64,000 bases of DNA from Callorhinchus milii. Lineage: Eukaryota. Below the pieces are notes generated by a model. The model had not been told where the DNA came from. It did not search any database and saw only the letters and a program-made list of their open reading frames with translations. Of this stretch, positions 12,440 to 25,600 are shown piece by piece. The stretch's first letter is position 1, and each line of letters opens with the position of its first letter. The DNA lies in assembly GCF_018977255.1 (NCBI RefSeq), contig NW_024704742.1, positions 117,802,001 to 117,866,000 of the forward strand, written 5' to 3'. The position numbers and the translations under genes were made by a program.

Positions 12440-13141
12440 CAGTGGAGTTTGGTGCGGGAGAGGATACGGGCTGCAGAGTTCTGGATTATCTGCAGCCTAT
12501 GGAGGGAGGAGTTGGGAATGCCGACAAGCAGGGCATTTGCATAGTTAAGCCTGGAGGTGATGAAGGCATGAACAAGAGTTTCAGGGGCCTGAGGGGTGAG
12601 GTAGTGGCGGAGTTGGGCGATGTTACGGAGGTGAGGGAAGGCAGAGCAGGTCATGGCTTGAATGTGGGGGAGAAAACACAGTTGAGGGACAGGCAAGACA
12701 CATAGGTTCCTGACTGGCTGGTGAGTTGGAGTGTGCAACCATGGAGGTTGATGTTGCCAGAGCCTGAGGTGCAGAGGCGCTGGCGCGAGCCAATCGGTAG
12801 GGCCTCAGTCTTGTTCACATTCAACTGTAGAAAATTTGCCCTCAGGACTTGATGTCCGACAGGCAGTCTGTCAGGACAGCAGTGGTCCTGGAGTTGAGGG
12901 TGGAGGCAGAAAGATCGAGTTAGGTGTCATCCGCGTACATGTGGAAGTTGAGCCCATGTCTGCAGATGATGTCACAACAGGATTGGGCTTGGCTTTGATA
13001 CCTTGCCTCTTCTTTTCGACCACGCCTTTGGTCACCATCCTCCCCCTCCCCCTGGCTCGGGCCCGGAATCCGTTACTGTGAAGCACTCTGAGACGCCATC
13101 CAGCATGGAGGACGCTATATAAATCTAAGTTGTTGTTGTTG
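12440..13141. mobile_element. Antisense L2 RT fragment (12440-12975) followed by a sense L2 3' end (about 13000-13141)
   Basis: Minus strand encodes HMYADDT and [31 protein letters not shown]; plus strand carries a subfamily A 3' end and TTG tail. Confidence 0.85.
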
Positions 13142-14877
13142 CCTCCTCACAATTTAATAGTCTGTCAATCACTACGTCTCTTCATTCTCATATGAAGAAT
13201 GGCCAGTCAAGAGAGCTGCGAAAGGGCTGCTAACATCTATTCAACATTGAAATGCCACAAGTCAGGAGAGGAGGGAACAGTGGAAAGAAAATGAGGCGTG
13301 TTGAATCCTTAACCTCTCATTGTAAAGATCTGAACTGCAGCACAACACTGATGTTCACTCTCCTGGTGAACATGGTACAGGTTAAAGGGAGTTTTCAGAG
13401 CAGGTTGCCTCACTATAGTACAATGGCTGAACTGTCTTCCTCCCCAGTATCGAATAGTAGTCTTTTGCAAAAAAAACCTCCTGCTACTGAGTGCTTTAGA
13501 CTCACTATTACACCAATTCATTACCAGCATTCATTTAATGTCCCCCTTTTTTTGAATTTGATCTTTCTACTTTTTTACTATTATTACTTAATAATGTGGA
13601 TAGAATCTAGATTGCGGTCTGCTCTAGTGGAATTTTAACATACTGTAGTGACATTCCTTGCATCCTTTATGAGTCCTGACATACTTTAAAATGCAGCTTT
13701 TTTACCTATGAGATCACAGGTGACCTTGGCTCTCCAGTCAGGTCACGCCTGGAACTTTCAGGGTTGATCATTTTTTCACTGAAATTCATTTGCCATCTGT
13801 CAAATCACACATTCACAACACAATGTTTCAAATGACATACAAACCTCAGTGAAAGCTAACCTTCAATTTCCAATTCAGTTTACAATAAGATAAACAAAGG
13901 CTGGCATTTCTGCGAACCAGAGTAACTATTTCACAATTATAATAGTTAGAATTAAATTTCCTTCAATTAGTTGAGTATTCTTAGTCAAAGCATTAAAGCG
14001 CACTACTATGGATTTATTTTGGATTTATTTTAGCCAAGTGCTTCTAATGAATTCTCACTTAACAATGAAGTAGAAAAGCATAATAACCTCTTATGTGTTC
14101 CTACAGGCCTACGCTGTTCTGTATAATTCTGTATAATTCAAGCGCTCTGAAACGCTGCCCAGTGTGAAGGGCACTATATAAATGCAAGTGGTCGTTATTG
14201 TTGTTGTTTTAATTGTAATGTTCTAAAAGCAGAATCTCAAATGTTTGTGTTTCTGACCTATACCATTAAAAGTGCACTAAAAAAAACTTTTATTTAATTG
14301 CATATCAAATGGAAGGATTATTATTATTATTATTATTATCATCCTCAAGATGTGCCATTGCTGCAAGAACATCAATGTGTTGCTTACATGTGATGCTGTT
14401 GTGACACAAATGGCTTAAGACTTAATTTCAGGGATCAGTGGACACAGAATATTTCCATGATTGCGTTCTGTTGATAATTTGGCTTGCTAAGATAAGACCT
14501 GTAACTCTACAGTATTTTGTTCAGACCTGAACTGCAGGTCTGTGTCACCTTCTTCCTTTTCTTCTGTCTAGTCTTATTCTGTATCTCTTCCAAAATCTCT
14601 TTGTCTTGCTCTGTCTCACCACCTTCAGAATTTTCTTAAAAATGTATCTCTCTGACCATGCCTTTGGTCGATACCCTTAAATTCTCCTTCCTCTTCTGTT
14701 GCTCAGTGCTCCCTCTCATCTCTGTGAAGTGCTTCAAGATGTCTATCCTACGTGAAAGCCATGTTTTTGAAACAAACATCTGTGTATGAGGAATTTGGTG
14801 CCATTTAAGTCGAAGGTGCTCGATGGAAGTGGAACAGATCACGATGTTGGTTGCATGAGCCTCATTGCATTGACTTT

Positions 14878-14926
14878 GATGTTTGAGCTGATGTTTTGAG
14901 CTGATGTTTTAAGCTGATGTTTTGAG
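14878..14926. repeat. Short tandem repeat, 13-bp unit GAGCTGATGTTTT, about 3.5 copies
   Basis: Units at 14885, 14898 and 14911, read directly. Confidence 0.85.
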
Positions 14927-16560
14927 AGCTCATTAGTCTCACTTGATACCCTTAGCAACCAATATGCCATGTAAATGTATCAGAAACCTTTGCTTGCTGT
15001 AATGAGTAATGTGGCTGAAGAAATAGTCCAGAGATCAATGGGTTGAAAGATGTCAGGTACTTTACAAACTCGCTTTGTGATATAAAAAGAAAATAAATGA
15101 ACTGAAAGTTTCAGCAATCTCTAACTTGACATAAAACTGTGGTATTATATGTTAGAGACATGAGGACAAGCTGCTCACTGCTGTCAAATAGTTTATTTGC
15201 TTACAAATCTAGAAACTATTAAACTGTAGAATGTTTTTTTTCCGTTTTGTTTTAGCACGCCACTAAAATAAAGGTGATTATAATAGAGTCAACTTATCTA
15301 TTTTTTGCAGGTCATTTAATTTTGCATAAAAACTTCTGAGCAAGTAAGTAACAAAATAAAATGAACCTTGGAATATACCAGTTACACAGCAGTTGAATGT
15401 GAAAGACAAAGAGGAAGATAGAAAAAGCAGATGATACATTTTATGTTAGGCTTCAAAGGCCTCTGAGCCGTAACCTTCAAAATTTGAAGTGGAAAAACAG
15501 TAGGGTGGGTATTCATTCTGCAAGGATGAAGTCAAATGGACTGAATGGCTTTCTTCATCCAAAACCTCGATCGTGATCTCACACAGCAGAAATAGAATCT
15601 AACTGAAGTTAAGTGGAAAGGCACTTTGATTTGTGAAAAGCTAAGGAGCTCAGGACAGACCAAAGCAGAGGTCAGTGACCCAAGTACACAATCCACATAT
15701 TCTTGAAATTGACCTCAGTTGCAGTATGTTGAATGTCTTTCATAAAAGGCTTCTTTGTTTCTGAGATCTGGCCCATAACTTAGAAAGATTCAGTTATGGC
15801 ACATGTTGTGGTCTTTAATGGTCCATATCAATAAGTGTTTATTTGCTTGTAGGTACCATCTGACTGTGTTCAAGTTATATAACTGCTCTCATACTCGCAG
15901 CACTGATTTACACTGATCTGCTTGATTGTGGGCTAAAGCCTCGTACAGTATATAGGGTGACCTTTGCAATCTGTTGTGTATTGACGCTTGTGATAATTAT
16001 GTTATCAATAAATATGCCCTACCCCCCCCCCCCCCCCCCCTCAGCAATTGTATTATTTCAGCTACCCAGCAATGGCACCCATTGGAATTGCTGATTGCGG
16101 ATTCTGGTATTGGAAAGCAGTTAGTGGGATATCAGCTTAACCGAGCAAAAAGTCAGAGTTCAGCCAGTATCCCTCTAAGCAGCCCATAAGGTCACAATCT
16201 TGAGGACTAGGATAATAATAATAATAACAATAATAATCCTTCTATTTGATAAAGCACCTTATCATGACTTTGAGATGTCTCAAAGAACTTCACAGAGTAT
16301 ACTGTAAAGTGAATTGACTATATATTTTGTGATAGGAAGGAAATCCAATGGCTTTCATAGACCCAATCATTGCGATAGGTTACACCTACAGCCCAGTCAA
16401 CAAATTAACTGAACACCAGTGATAACTAACACATTACGAGTTACACTTCTCTGTCACTTGCATTTATTTTCTGCCATAGAGTATACCCTAACACTGAACC
16501 AAAGCCTTTCTGAAGATGATATACTGAACAGACTGGTGAAAGTGTTACTTTCTCCTGTAG

Positions 16561-16617
16561 GTCGCATCAACAGAAGTACGATTTGGACCCATGAGACTGA
16601 CACAAGAGCCCCTTCAG
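16561..16617 (+). CDS. PDE8B: PDE8B exon (exon 2 equivalent), 57 nt, [19 protein letters not shown]
   Basis: Acceptor ttctcctgtag|GTC, donor CAG|gtaaga; phase 0-0; resembles mammalian VSSAEVRIGPMRLTQDPIQ. Confidence 0.93.
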
Positions 16618-19600
16618 GTAAGAGATTGCAATGTTATTAGTGGATTTGGCATTTGGACCATGAATACTGTTCTAGTCATGTTACTAATATTTTTGAATGA
16701 AATTTCAGAAAATCTCTTTAGGTCTTCCCAAGTTATTCCATCTCTGAGATACAAACTAGTCTAAAGTCTCTGCATTTATGACTTTCAAAATCTGTTTCCC
16801 TTCCTCTCTTGCCTAGGAAAGATACCAATCATCCCCTAACTTCAGTACCTCACACAAGTGACTTGTGAATCTATATAATTGGCAAGCTTTTCAGCTGTGG
16901 TGGAAATCACATGGTAGTTGAATACTGACTTCACCTGATTTCCGTGCATATGTAGATAGAATGTCATTGGATATCATTCAGCCAGGATAATTGAATGCAG
17001 TGCTGGAAAGAAACTTGGGACTTTGCTGATCCAGATCCCACTGCACAGTGCATTTACCTCCACTTTTCTAAATCTTTCCTGGTTTCTGTGGCGGACATAT
17101 AAGTTGTGGCCATTCTATTTTAAACTCCCAACAACAACAACAACAACTTGGATTTATATAGCACCCTCCACGCCAGATGGTGTCTCAGAGCGCCTAGGAG
17201 GTGTATGGAATTGTTCTGGGGATGACAACTGAAGGGTAATACGTTCCTGCAGCAGAGTGGAACAGTATCCAAACATGCAGTGTAAATGCAACATAAGTGA
17301 ATGGGGTCAGCTTTCAAATCTTCAGTAAGTACTGATTCAACATGAGGTTAATCCCAAACTGATGTTAAAACCACAGTAAAAGTACAGTTTGTGGTGTGGT
17401 AATTATGAAGCGAATTGTGTTGTTCAAGCAGGCAATGATTTTGGCGGGCAATTGTCAGAAAGCAGGAGTATAAATTGTTTTGTGTTCATCAAAGTTAGAG
17501 AAATGAAACATCTTTTGTGCCAGTTCTTGGATCAACCTCTCACATATCTGATATAGAAAGGCTACATGCAATAGTAAGTTCCCACTACGTGGCTTCAACA
17601 ATGAGTCTTAACCTCAATTTTGGACCATCATGTTTATTGCACCATTGAGATAGCTTTAGTTTCCACAACACCCATCCTCTATTGAACTCCTGCGTTGTGC
17701 TCACTGGTCTTTTTCAGACTTTGTGGCTTTGAGATTTGAGATTCCTTGGTCGTGAAATTCAGAATCCAATATTTGCAAACTGAAATTCACAATTAACGCA
17801 ACAAATCCAGTTTACGATATTGCACATTGGACTCCATTCACCAACATTAAAAGTACTTTCATTTCAGATTGCAGTATTTCATCAAAATTGACAGAATATC
17901 TTTCTATTTACAGGAGTGATTGTGTAGTTAGTATCAGTTTTGGAAAGTATGTATTAATTCCTGCCTATTCACAACATACGCAGTTGTTTTATATGGTAGA
18001 TTAGGTATTCTGTTTCACGACTTCAATATTTACTCTCTGCAAACTACTCAGTGCAATACTTGTACTTAAACTTATGAGAGTTTCTCCTAGTGTCCTGTGC
18101 AATAATCTGCCAGACACAATTAGTTATTCATATCATGGCTATTTGTGTGACATTTCTGTGTGCAAATTGTTGCGTGTGCCTACATATATACAGTAACTAT
18201 ACTTTACAGTAATTCCTGTGAAGCACTTTGAGATGTTTCGGTGAATGGATAAAGAGCTATATATAATATATATTTTTTGCTGGAGTCCTATAGCGCAGTA
18301 GTTAGTGCGCCAGCCTTGCAAGCGAAGGGCCTGGGTTTGATTCCCAGGCAGGGTGAAACTTTAGGCAAGTTTCCTTACTCCATATGCCTCTGTTTGCCTA
18401 GCAGTAAGTAGGAATTTGTTTGTTAGTCAATTGGTGGGTTGCTTTCCGGGGGTAATAATCCCTCCGGGGAAAAAGAATTACTCAATTGCCGACTGTCTGT
18501 GGGACACTGCTGTGTGCAATTGGCTGCCACGTTTCGCCCACAGACTACACAGTCAATCCACTTTACAATATATTCTGTGAAGCGCTTTGAGACATCTCAC
18601 TGATGTGATAAGGTGCTGTATCAAATGGAAGGATTATTATTTTATCATTATATCAAAGTCAAAGTTTATTATCAGTAATAAACTACCTTGCTATAACAAC
18701 AACAACTTGCACTTGTACAGCAAGGGTAGCGTCTCAGAGCACTTAACAGGAGCGGAGCCTGACTCCGAGCACGGTCGAAAAGGAAGGTTTTCAGGCGGGA
18801 CTTGAAAAGGGGGAGAGAAAGGCAAGGTGGAAGGACTGAGGGAGAGTGTTCCAGAGTTTTGTATCTAAGCTATACAAGCAGCAAGAAAGCTTGCCAGACA
18901 GTGCTTTCAATGCTGAGCATTGAATCTTACCCTTTAGGTGCTCCTGTTCACCTCTCATCAGCTTGGGATTTTGTTTGCTAGGATTCCTAGCAGTTAGTTT
19001 ATTCTTGGTGTATTTTTATAAACAATGTCAGGGTTACTGAGCTGCTTCACTTGAGATTGTGTAACTTCAGATGCTGTTAACATATCTTCAGCTTTCTTAA
19101 GGTCGAGGTCTTGTTCTCTTTGTAGTCTCGCATGGCTGTTCTTGACTCTAAACACAAGTCTTACCACAACTCAGCGACTCCTTCAGGTCACCAAAGTCAC
19201 AAGTGCCTGCAAGATTCTTCAACACAGTACCAGAGTGATCAATCATTCTCATTTCTTCAGTTGAACAAGCATTCTTCCTTGGCTCAAACTTGTGTATAAC
19301 TTTCTGCATTCTTTATCGTCACCTGCAGTGTCTCAAGTAAACGTGTGGTACACATTAACAGCACAATCATTGATCATGGTAAGGAGCATTGAGATTGTTT
19401 TGCAATGCCTGTAGTTAGCTCGTAGTTCACCTGTCTCTGCTTTACTTCTCTTAGTTCTGACTTTGGGTTTGCAGTTGTTTAAGCAATGATTGCATGCAAT
19501 CAGTTTTACTCGTCATTGAGATATCTCAAAGCATTTCAAAGGATATACTGTAAAGTGGATTGATTATGTCATTTTTGTGGCCAAAATACGGCAGTCAGTT

Positions 19601-22600
19601 GCCCATAACAAAATCCCACAAGCCGCCATCGAGTGAGTGACCAATTTTATTTGGGAGATTGTTTGCCAGGACACCAAGAGAGAGAAACTCCCTTGTGAAA
19701 ATCCCTAGTTCCGTGGGATCTTTAACATCCGCTTGATCAGGCAGATGGGATCTCAGTTTAACGTCTCATCCTTAACACTATAAAGAGAAAGAAGCAAAGT
19801 TTAGCAATGAGAGATCTGGGTTGAAATGAGGTTGGTGTTGAGTAAGGAGCAGCTCAGGTGGGGCTTCTCTTGAACCTTTACATAAATTATTCGGGTTTGC
19901 AGTTTTAGTGGAAGATAATTTCATTTACAGATGATATTGAAATAGGGGAGACTGAGGAATCAGAGGAGGCAACCAACATCTTACAAAAAGGGTCTGACAG
20001 CGTGTGTTCTTGGGTTGATCACTGGCAAATGAAGTTCAATACAAATAAAAAGTGGTAAACAAAGTGATAATGTTCCAAAATGTACTGTATTTATAAACGT
20101 CTCTTCTGACTTGCATGCTTTGTATACTGACAGAATTAAATAAAATAACTGCAGGCACGTTTGACTCGATCAGTTTCACTGCTTTGGAGTTCCTTGCAGA
20201 TGTTGTTGTCTAAAGCATGGAGATGCTGAAATTCTTGACCAGTCAAGTGTGGCTTATTAATCTGTGGTGTGTCAGTCTCTCTTTTTCCTCAATAAGCTCT
20301 ACCATCTGCCCAGTCCATCAGACGGACTAAACATTCAAGTATTACAATCAGTGTGTTCACTGTTTAGTAGATTATCTTCCCTGGCTCTATCATTACATTT
20401 GCAAATCCTTATGGCTTTGTAGCAATTGTAGCATGCTTGCCGTTAAACAGATAGCCAGTTGAATTTTTTTAGCTCTGTGTTTGAAGCTAAATATTTGTAC
20501 AGATGGACAACTTACAAGAGTGTAAGTTGGTTAATGGCAAAATGATGATTACATTACACATTGTGCATGGCAGATGACAATGGTACAATTCCTAGTTTTG
20601 CCTGTTTATCCATTCCTAGAAAGTCTGCTTTGTTTTTGCATCCATTTTAAATTTATATGCATGTGTGTTCCAGTAGAAGTCATATGATAACGGCAATGAT
20701 ACTATAACTGTCATCTTCTTTGAACTCCCATTTATTTTAATAGAAGGATCTCATGGTTAAATCTCCAGAACACTTTTTCTTTCTAACTTTCTTCTGTGTA
20801 ACATTGGCATGCAATGAATAAATATCTCTGACAGAATGCTTGTGTTGCCTCAAACAAATCTGTTGGAAAAGACAGAAAATTTGAACGACTTTCTAAAATA
20901 AGAATAAAATATTTGTTTTTTCCTCAACACATTCCTTTTAATAATTAAGTTAAGGAACATGTAAAGGAATGTCCCCCAATTTGTAATTATTATTCTTGCA
21001 GTTGACATAGCGCCTTTCACTTCAGGAGGACATCTCAAAGCCTTCACAGGATTTACTGTGAAGTGTAGTGATTTTGTAGATGAATTTGTGTCTCCAATAA
21101 TTGGTGCTGCTATTTCTTCAGTAACCTGAGTAATGAAAAATAATAATCCTTGAGTTTCATATAAGCATACATACCATTAAAAATGCCTTAAAATGTTTTG
21201 CTGGTAATTACTGTCAAGTGTATTTGTAGGCTAACACGGCAGACATTTTGTGTCCACCTGAACAGAATATCAGTTAACAATTCAGTTGAAACACGGGATT
21301 TCCAACAGCTCAGCATTTCCCTCAATACTGCACTGTAGTGTCAGCCTAAACAGTGATCTCAAAATCCCAGTGTAAGACTTGAACCCATGACTTTCTGAGA
21401 CAAGTATGCTATAAACTATCTACACTCCTTATATGAGTTAGCATTCCCATGACTCAAATCACGAAAGCAACTTTATAGTCAATATAGTTTTCCTAACCCC
21501 CACCCCCCCATCCACCGAGCTGAACTGTAGGAACATGTTGAGTAGATCAGGGATTGGAGGGCAGATGCTCAATGCTGAGGTTAGTGATTTCGAAAATAAT
21601 TATAACAGTTAATCATTCTTGTTTAGTGAAGAAACATACACTAGCTCTAATTAGTTAAGAAAGAGTTTGTTAACCTGTCCCTTGGTCTCCATTAAAACAT
21701 CAGGGAATATGTTGAGGAGCACTGCAGATATTACCTCAAGGATTCTGAAATCTCAATCATAGAATATCATAGATCTAGCGCCTTGGGACATCCCCCCCGA
21801 CATGAAAGGTGCTTTACAAATGTAATTTTGTATTGTATTATAATATTACAGCCCATCGTGAATGTGCCCGATCTTTGGAAGAGCTACCCAATCAGTGCCA
21901 CTCCCCTGCTCTTTCCCCATATCCTTGCAATTTTTTCCTTTTCAAGTACCTATCCAATTCCATTTTGAAAGTTGTTATTGAATCTGTTTCCACCAGCCTT
22001 TCAGGCAGTGCATTCCAGACTGTGACCAACAGAAATACTGATAGTGTTATCGATCTATGCAACATGATCTTCAGTTTCTGATTGGAATGATCATTAAGAG
22101 TGACACTAACAGAAAGAAAACCTGTATTTACCCAATTGCCTGACATTCTGTGGCAGGACAGGGATGCCTAAGGTTCACTTTAATGGTGGTAGGAGGTCAT
22201 TTAAAAAGTATGCAGTGTTGATACCTCATTACAACGCAGAGTGGGGTAGTTGACCCAACGCTGATGCTTCAATCTATTTAACTAAGAGACGGCATTCAGC
22301 GAGGTGATGACAAAGAGGGACTCAACACTGGTGTTTGCAGCTGGGCAGTGGGGGAGTGGGGGGGAGAAGATGTTTCTGTGTTGAAACAAAGTATAATAAA
22401 GTGACAAATTACATTAAAAATTAATGGAACAAAAATAATTATAACAGTTAATCATTCTTGATCATGTGGAATATCACAATTGATTTCTGTATCACCGGGC
22501 AGGACGGAGTTTGGTTGTCATGACCCCTACAGTCAAATAGCATGTCAATGGTAAGGGTCCGACCCAATAATCCTTGCATTTGACTTGGCACCTTTCACAT

Positions 22601-25600
22601 CAGGAACACGTCTCAAAAGATAACAAGGGAGGTTCAGATAAAGAAGCCTCTTTGGCCCATCCAATTTCATCCCTCCAGAACACCAACTCTACCATGCCCC
22701 CATCAATGCATCAAACTCCTTTTTTAATGAACCCAGTATACTGGCCCCAGCCAACCTTCCTTGCAACCTTTCCATTTGGTAATTACTCTCTGAGTAAAAA
22801 AAAACTTCCTAGTATCTGTCTTTTACAACTTAAACCTATGTGTTTTTATTCTCCTATCTTGGTGCCTCAAAGCACTTCATAAGACTTATTGTAAAGAATA
22901 GTGACTGAGTATTTTGTAGATATTTGGTGTGGTGATGGATTTTGCCATTTTTTTCCTTTGTTTACATTAATAAAATGTTTGGTACCACAAGAACCAATCT
23001 CTCAATTTGCAAGCAGGATTGTTGGGCCAATAATGTCAAAAGATATCCATAGGATGCACCTTATTACAAGATCACAAGATGGGTTTGGATGAAGATGACC
23101 TTTTGGCCCATCTGATCTTATCCTTACAGAACGCTGTGATTCCATGATTCTATAACACCCATCCTACCATCCCCATCAAGCTGCTTTTTATGGTCACTTC
23201 TCCCTTACTCAGCATCCAAGCCGGACGCTGTGCAGCTCACCAAGACACTATCCTACATGAACCAAGATGTATAAATCCAAGTTGTTGTTGTAAATCATTG
23301 CTGATATCCCAACCAACTAACCATACTCAAAAGTTGTATTGATATTTGGACAAAACTGTTTAAATTTAACTCAATCTAGGAATATACAAGACAGAAAAAG
23401 GCCTTCTGATCCATTTGGCCAGACCCACATGGTACATAGTGACGGAATTGTGTTGGAGTGGTTTATCAGGAGATTCTCACTCACTTAGTAAGAAACAAAG
23501 ATGCCTTTAGACAACTACAATAACAACAAAGTTACATTTATAAAGTGCCTTTCACGTCGGGAGGACGTTCCAAAGCACTGAACAGTCCGGCTCACTAAAT
23601 CACACAAGATCACAATATTAGTTTGGATGAAGAAATCCCTTCTTAAATGAGTTTTGCATCCTGGACTCAACCATCTTTCCTGGTAACCCATTGCTGTTGT
23701 TCATTACCCTCTATGGGAAGAAATAAAATAAGGATATGTATTTTAAACAAAATTAGAAAATTTGTTTGAATCAACATAACTTTGTTGAAAATGTAGTATT
23801 CACTGCATTAATTGTGATTTTCGGTTTGTGACTGAAACCACACAGTCACTATCCAGTCAGTTGTGTTGCTCCACACGGTCAAGAGTGCTGAACCCTTATA
23901 ACTGTTTTCCTTAGATCCATTCATTTTTTATCTGACATTTGTCACTTTGTAATTTCCCACAAAGTGTTATTGTTTGGTTACTCTAAGTATTTATACACTC
24001 TGTTATTGGTGTCATGTCATAATGAGTCAGTTCCAAGAGTTTGAAGCCCTCGTGGGAAAGGCAGTTCAATCAAAAACTTTGGAAATAGTCACATCATTCA
24101 ATATAAAGAGTGACTGACTTTATTGCTTCATCTTGTGCCTCTGAGGAAGACTGAGTGGGAGTAGGTGAAAGCTTTTCTCCAAAGCCTGTTTGGCTGAGAA
24201 AAGGAACGCAATAGTAACAGAAATCATGGTGTAATCAAAGGCAGCACCAGCAAGCACTGCCAAATTTGTATATACAGCAACAAAATATATGTTTACTTAC
24301 TCAGGAAAGTGAAGGAGTAGGCCCTAAAATAAAATCAATTCCAAACAAAGTTTACATTAAAAGTTTGTATTCAGGCCCAGTTTGAGGACCTTCTGTGCTG
24401 CCCCCTCCATTGTGAACAATGGCCCAACCGGTGGTAGGCACCCCCAAATGTGGAATCACGGTTCTGCACGGCCCAAGGGAAGACATCGAGGGAATTGATT
24501 GGAAGATACAAAGGGCATCAGTCCCAATTATTGACTCTTATTGGTATCCCAGGGTCGTGGTGGACACCAACTTCAGCCTGGACACTGTCCTGAAGGACTG
24601 TGCTGAGAAGGGATGAAGGGCACTCTGGTCATACTCATCCCTTGTCAAGGATAGCAAGGTCCCAATGTAGGTCACGTTTGCGGCGTACAAGACCTGTATG
24701 TAAACGGTCCTCCTTCATGGATCTGAGCTCCTGGGGACTCAGCGGGCATGTCTATTTGCCAAGGCCCCTCGCATGAGGATCTGGAATAAGCAGCTGATAC
24801 TGAGTAAACCTGTAAACACAGCATTGGATTTGGATCTCGAGAGCATTAAAGTGGCAGGCACATTACAAGCCGTCCTTTACAGGTCCTCCCACAACACAGA
24901 TCTGCAGTATTCCAGGGCACTGCTGATGACAGCACAGGCAGCCTGGCTTATCAATAGGACATGGAATGGCAGATCAGTCACTGGGGGCAGGGAGTCATCC
25001 CGCTCAGCTCCTGTTAACCCTGTAAGTCAAAGGTGGTCCTAGCTGGTCAAGCAGTGGAAAAGCTTGCCAGACAGTGATATCACTGATAAGCTATGTGGTT
25101 TTAGCTGGTTAGACTCCAGCAGTTACCCTAACGCACACTTTGGAGTCCCCAAGCTTTGGCTCTTGCCAAACTGCGCCTAATAGGTTCCGGAATTGGGTAA
25201 GCAGGATGTGTTCCTATAGGGAGAGAGTGCACACTCCATTCAAAACACCTGGGTTCAATTCTAGGCAGGACGAAACCTTGGGCAAGTTTCCTTACTCCAT
25301 ATGCCTAATAATAATGCCTCCAAAATAAAAACAATAATAAATTGGTCATTTTCAATCCACAACTGTTTGTGGGCCCTGCTGTGTGCAATTGGCTGCCGCG
25401 TTTCGCCCACAAATGTACAGTCAATTCACTTTACAGTCTATTCTGTGAAGCGCTTTGAGATATCGAGAAGACGTGAAAAGCGCTATATCAAATGCAAGGA
25501 TTATTATTATTATTATTCCAACAATCTATCTCTGGAATTTCCATGTGTAGGTGGGACGCATGGAATTCTCTGCTTGGTTTGGATACTCTTAAGCATGGTG

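Noticed and set aside
12440..13141. Twin-primed (5'-inverted) L2 insertion
   Set aside because: The two halves look like different L2 subfamilies and are not contiguous in L2 coordinates, so two independent insertions are simpler.
16022..16040. Poly-C run and CT-rich tracts (33060-33230, 35140-35220, 59512-59530)
   Set aside because: Ordinary low-complexity sequence with no further structure.
18281..18350. tRNA gene (also at 5215-5286, 49255-49325, 58908-58970, 30647-30710)
   Set aside because: A/B boxes are present but continue into SINE bodies and L2-like tails; these are SINE heads without an intact cloverleaf.
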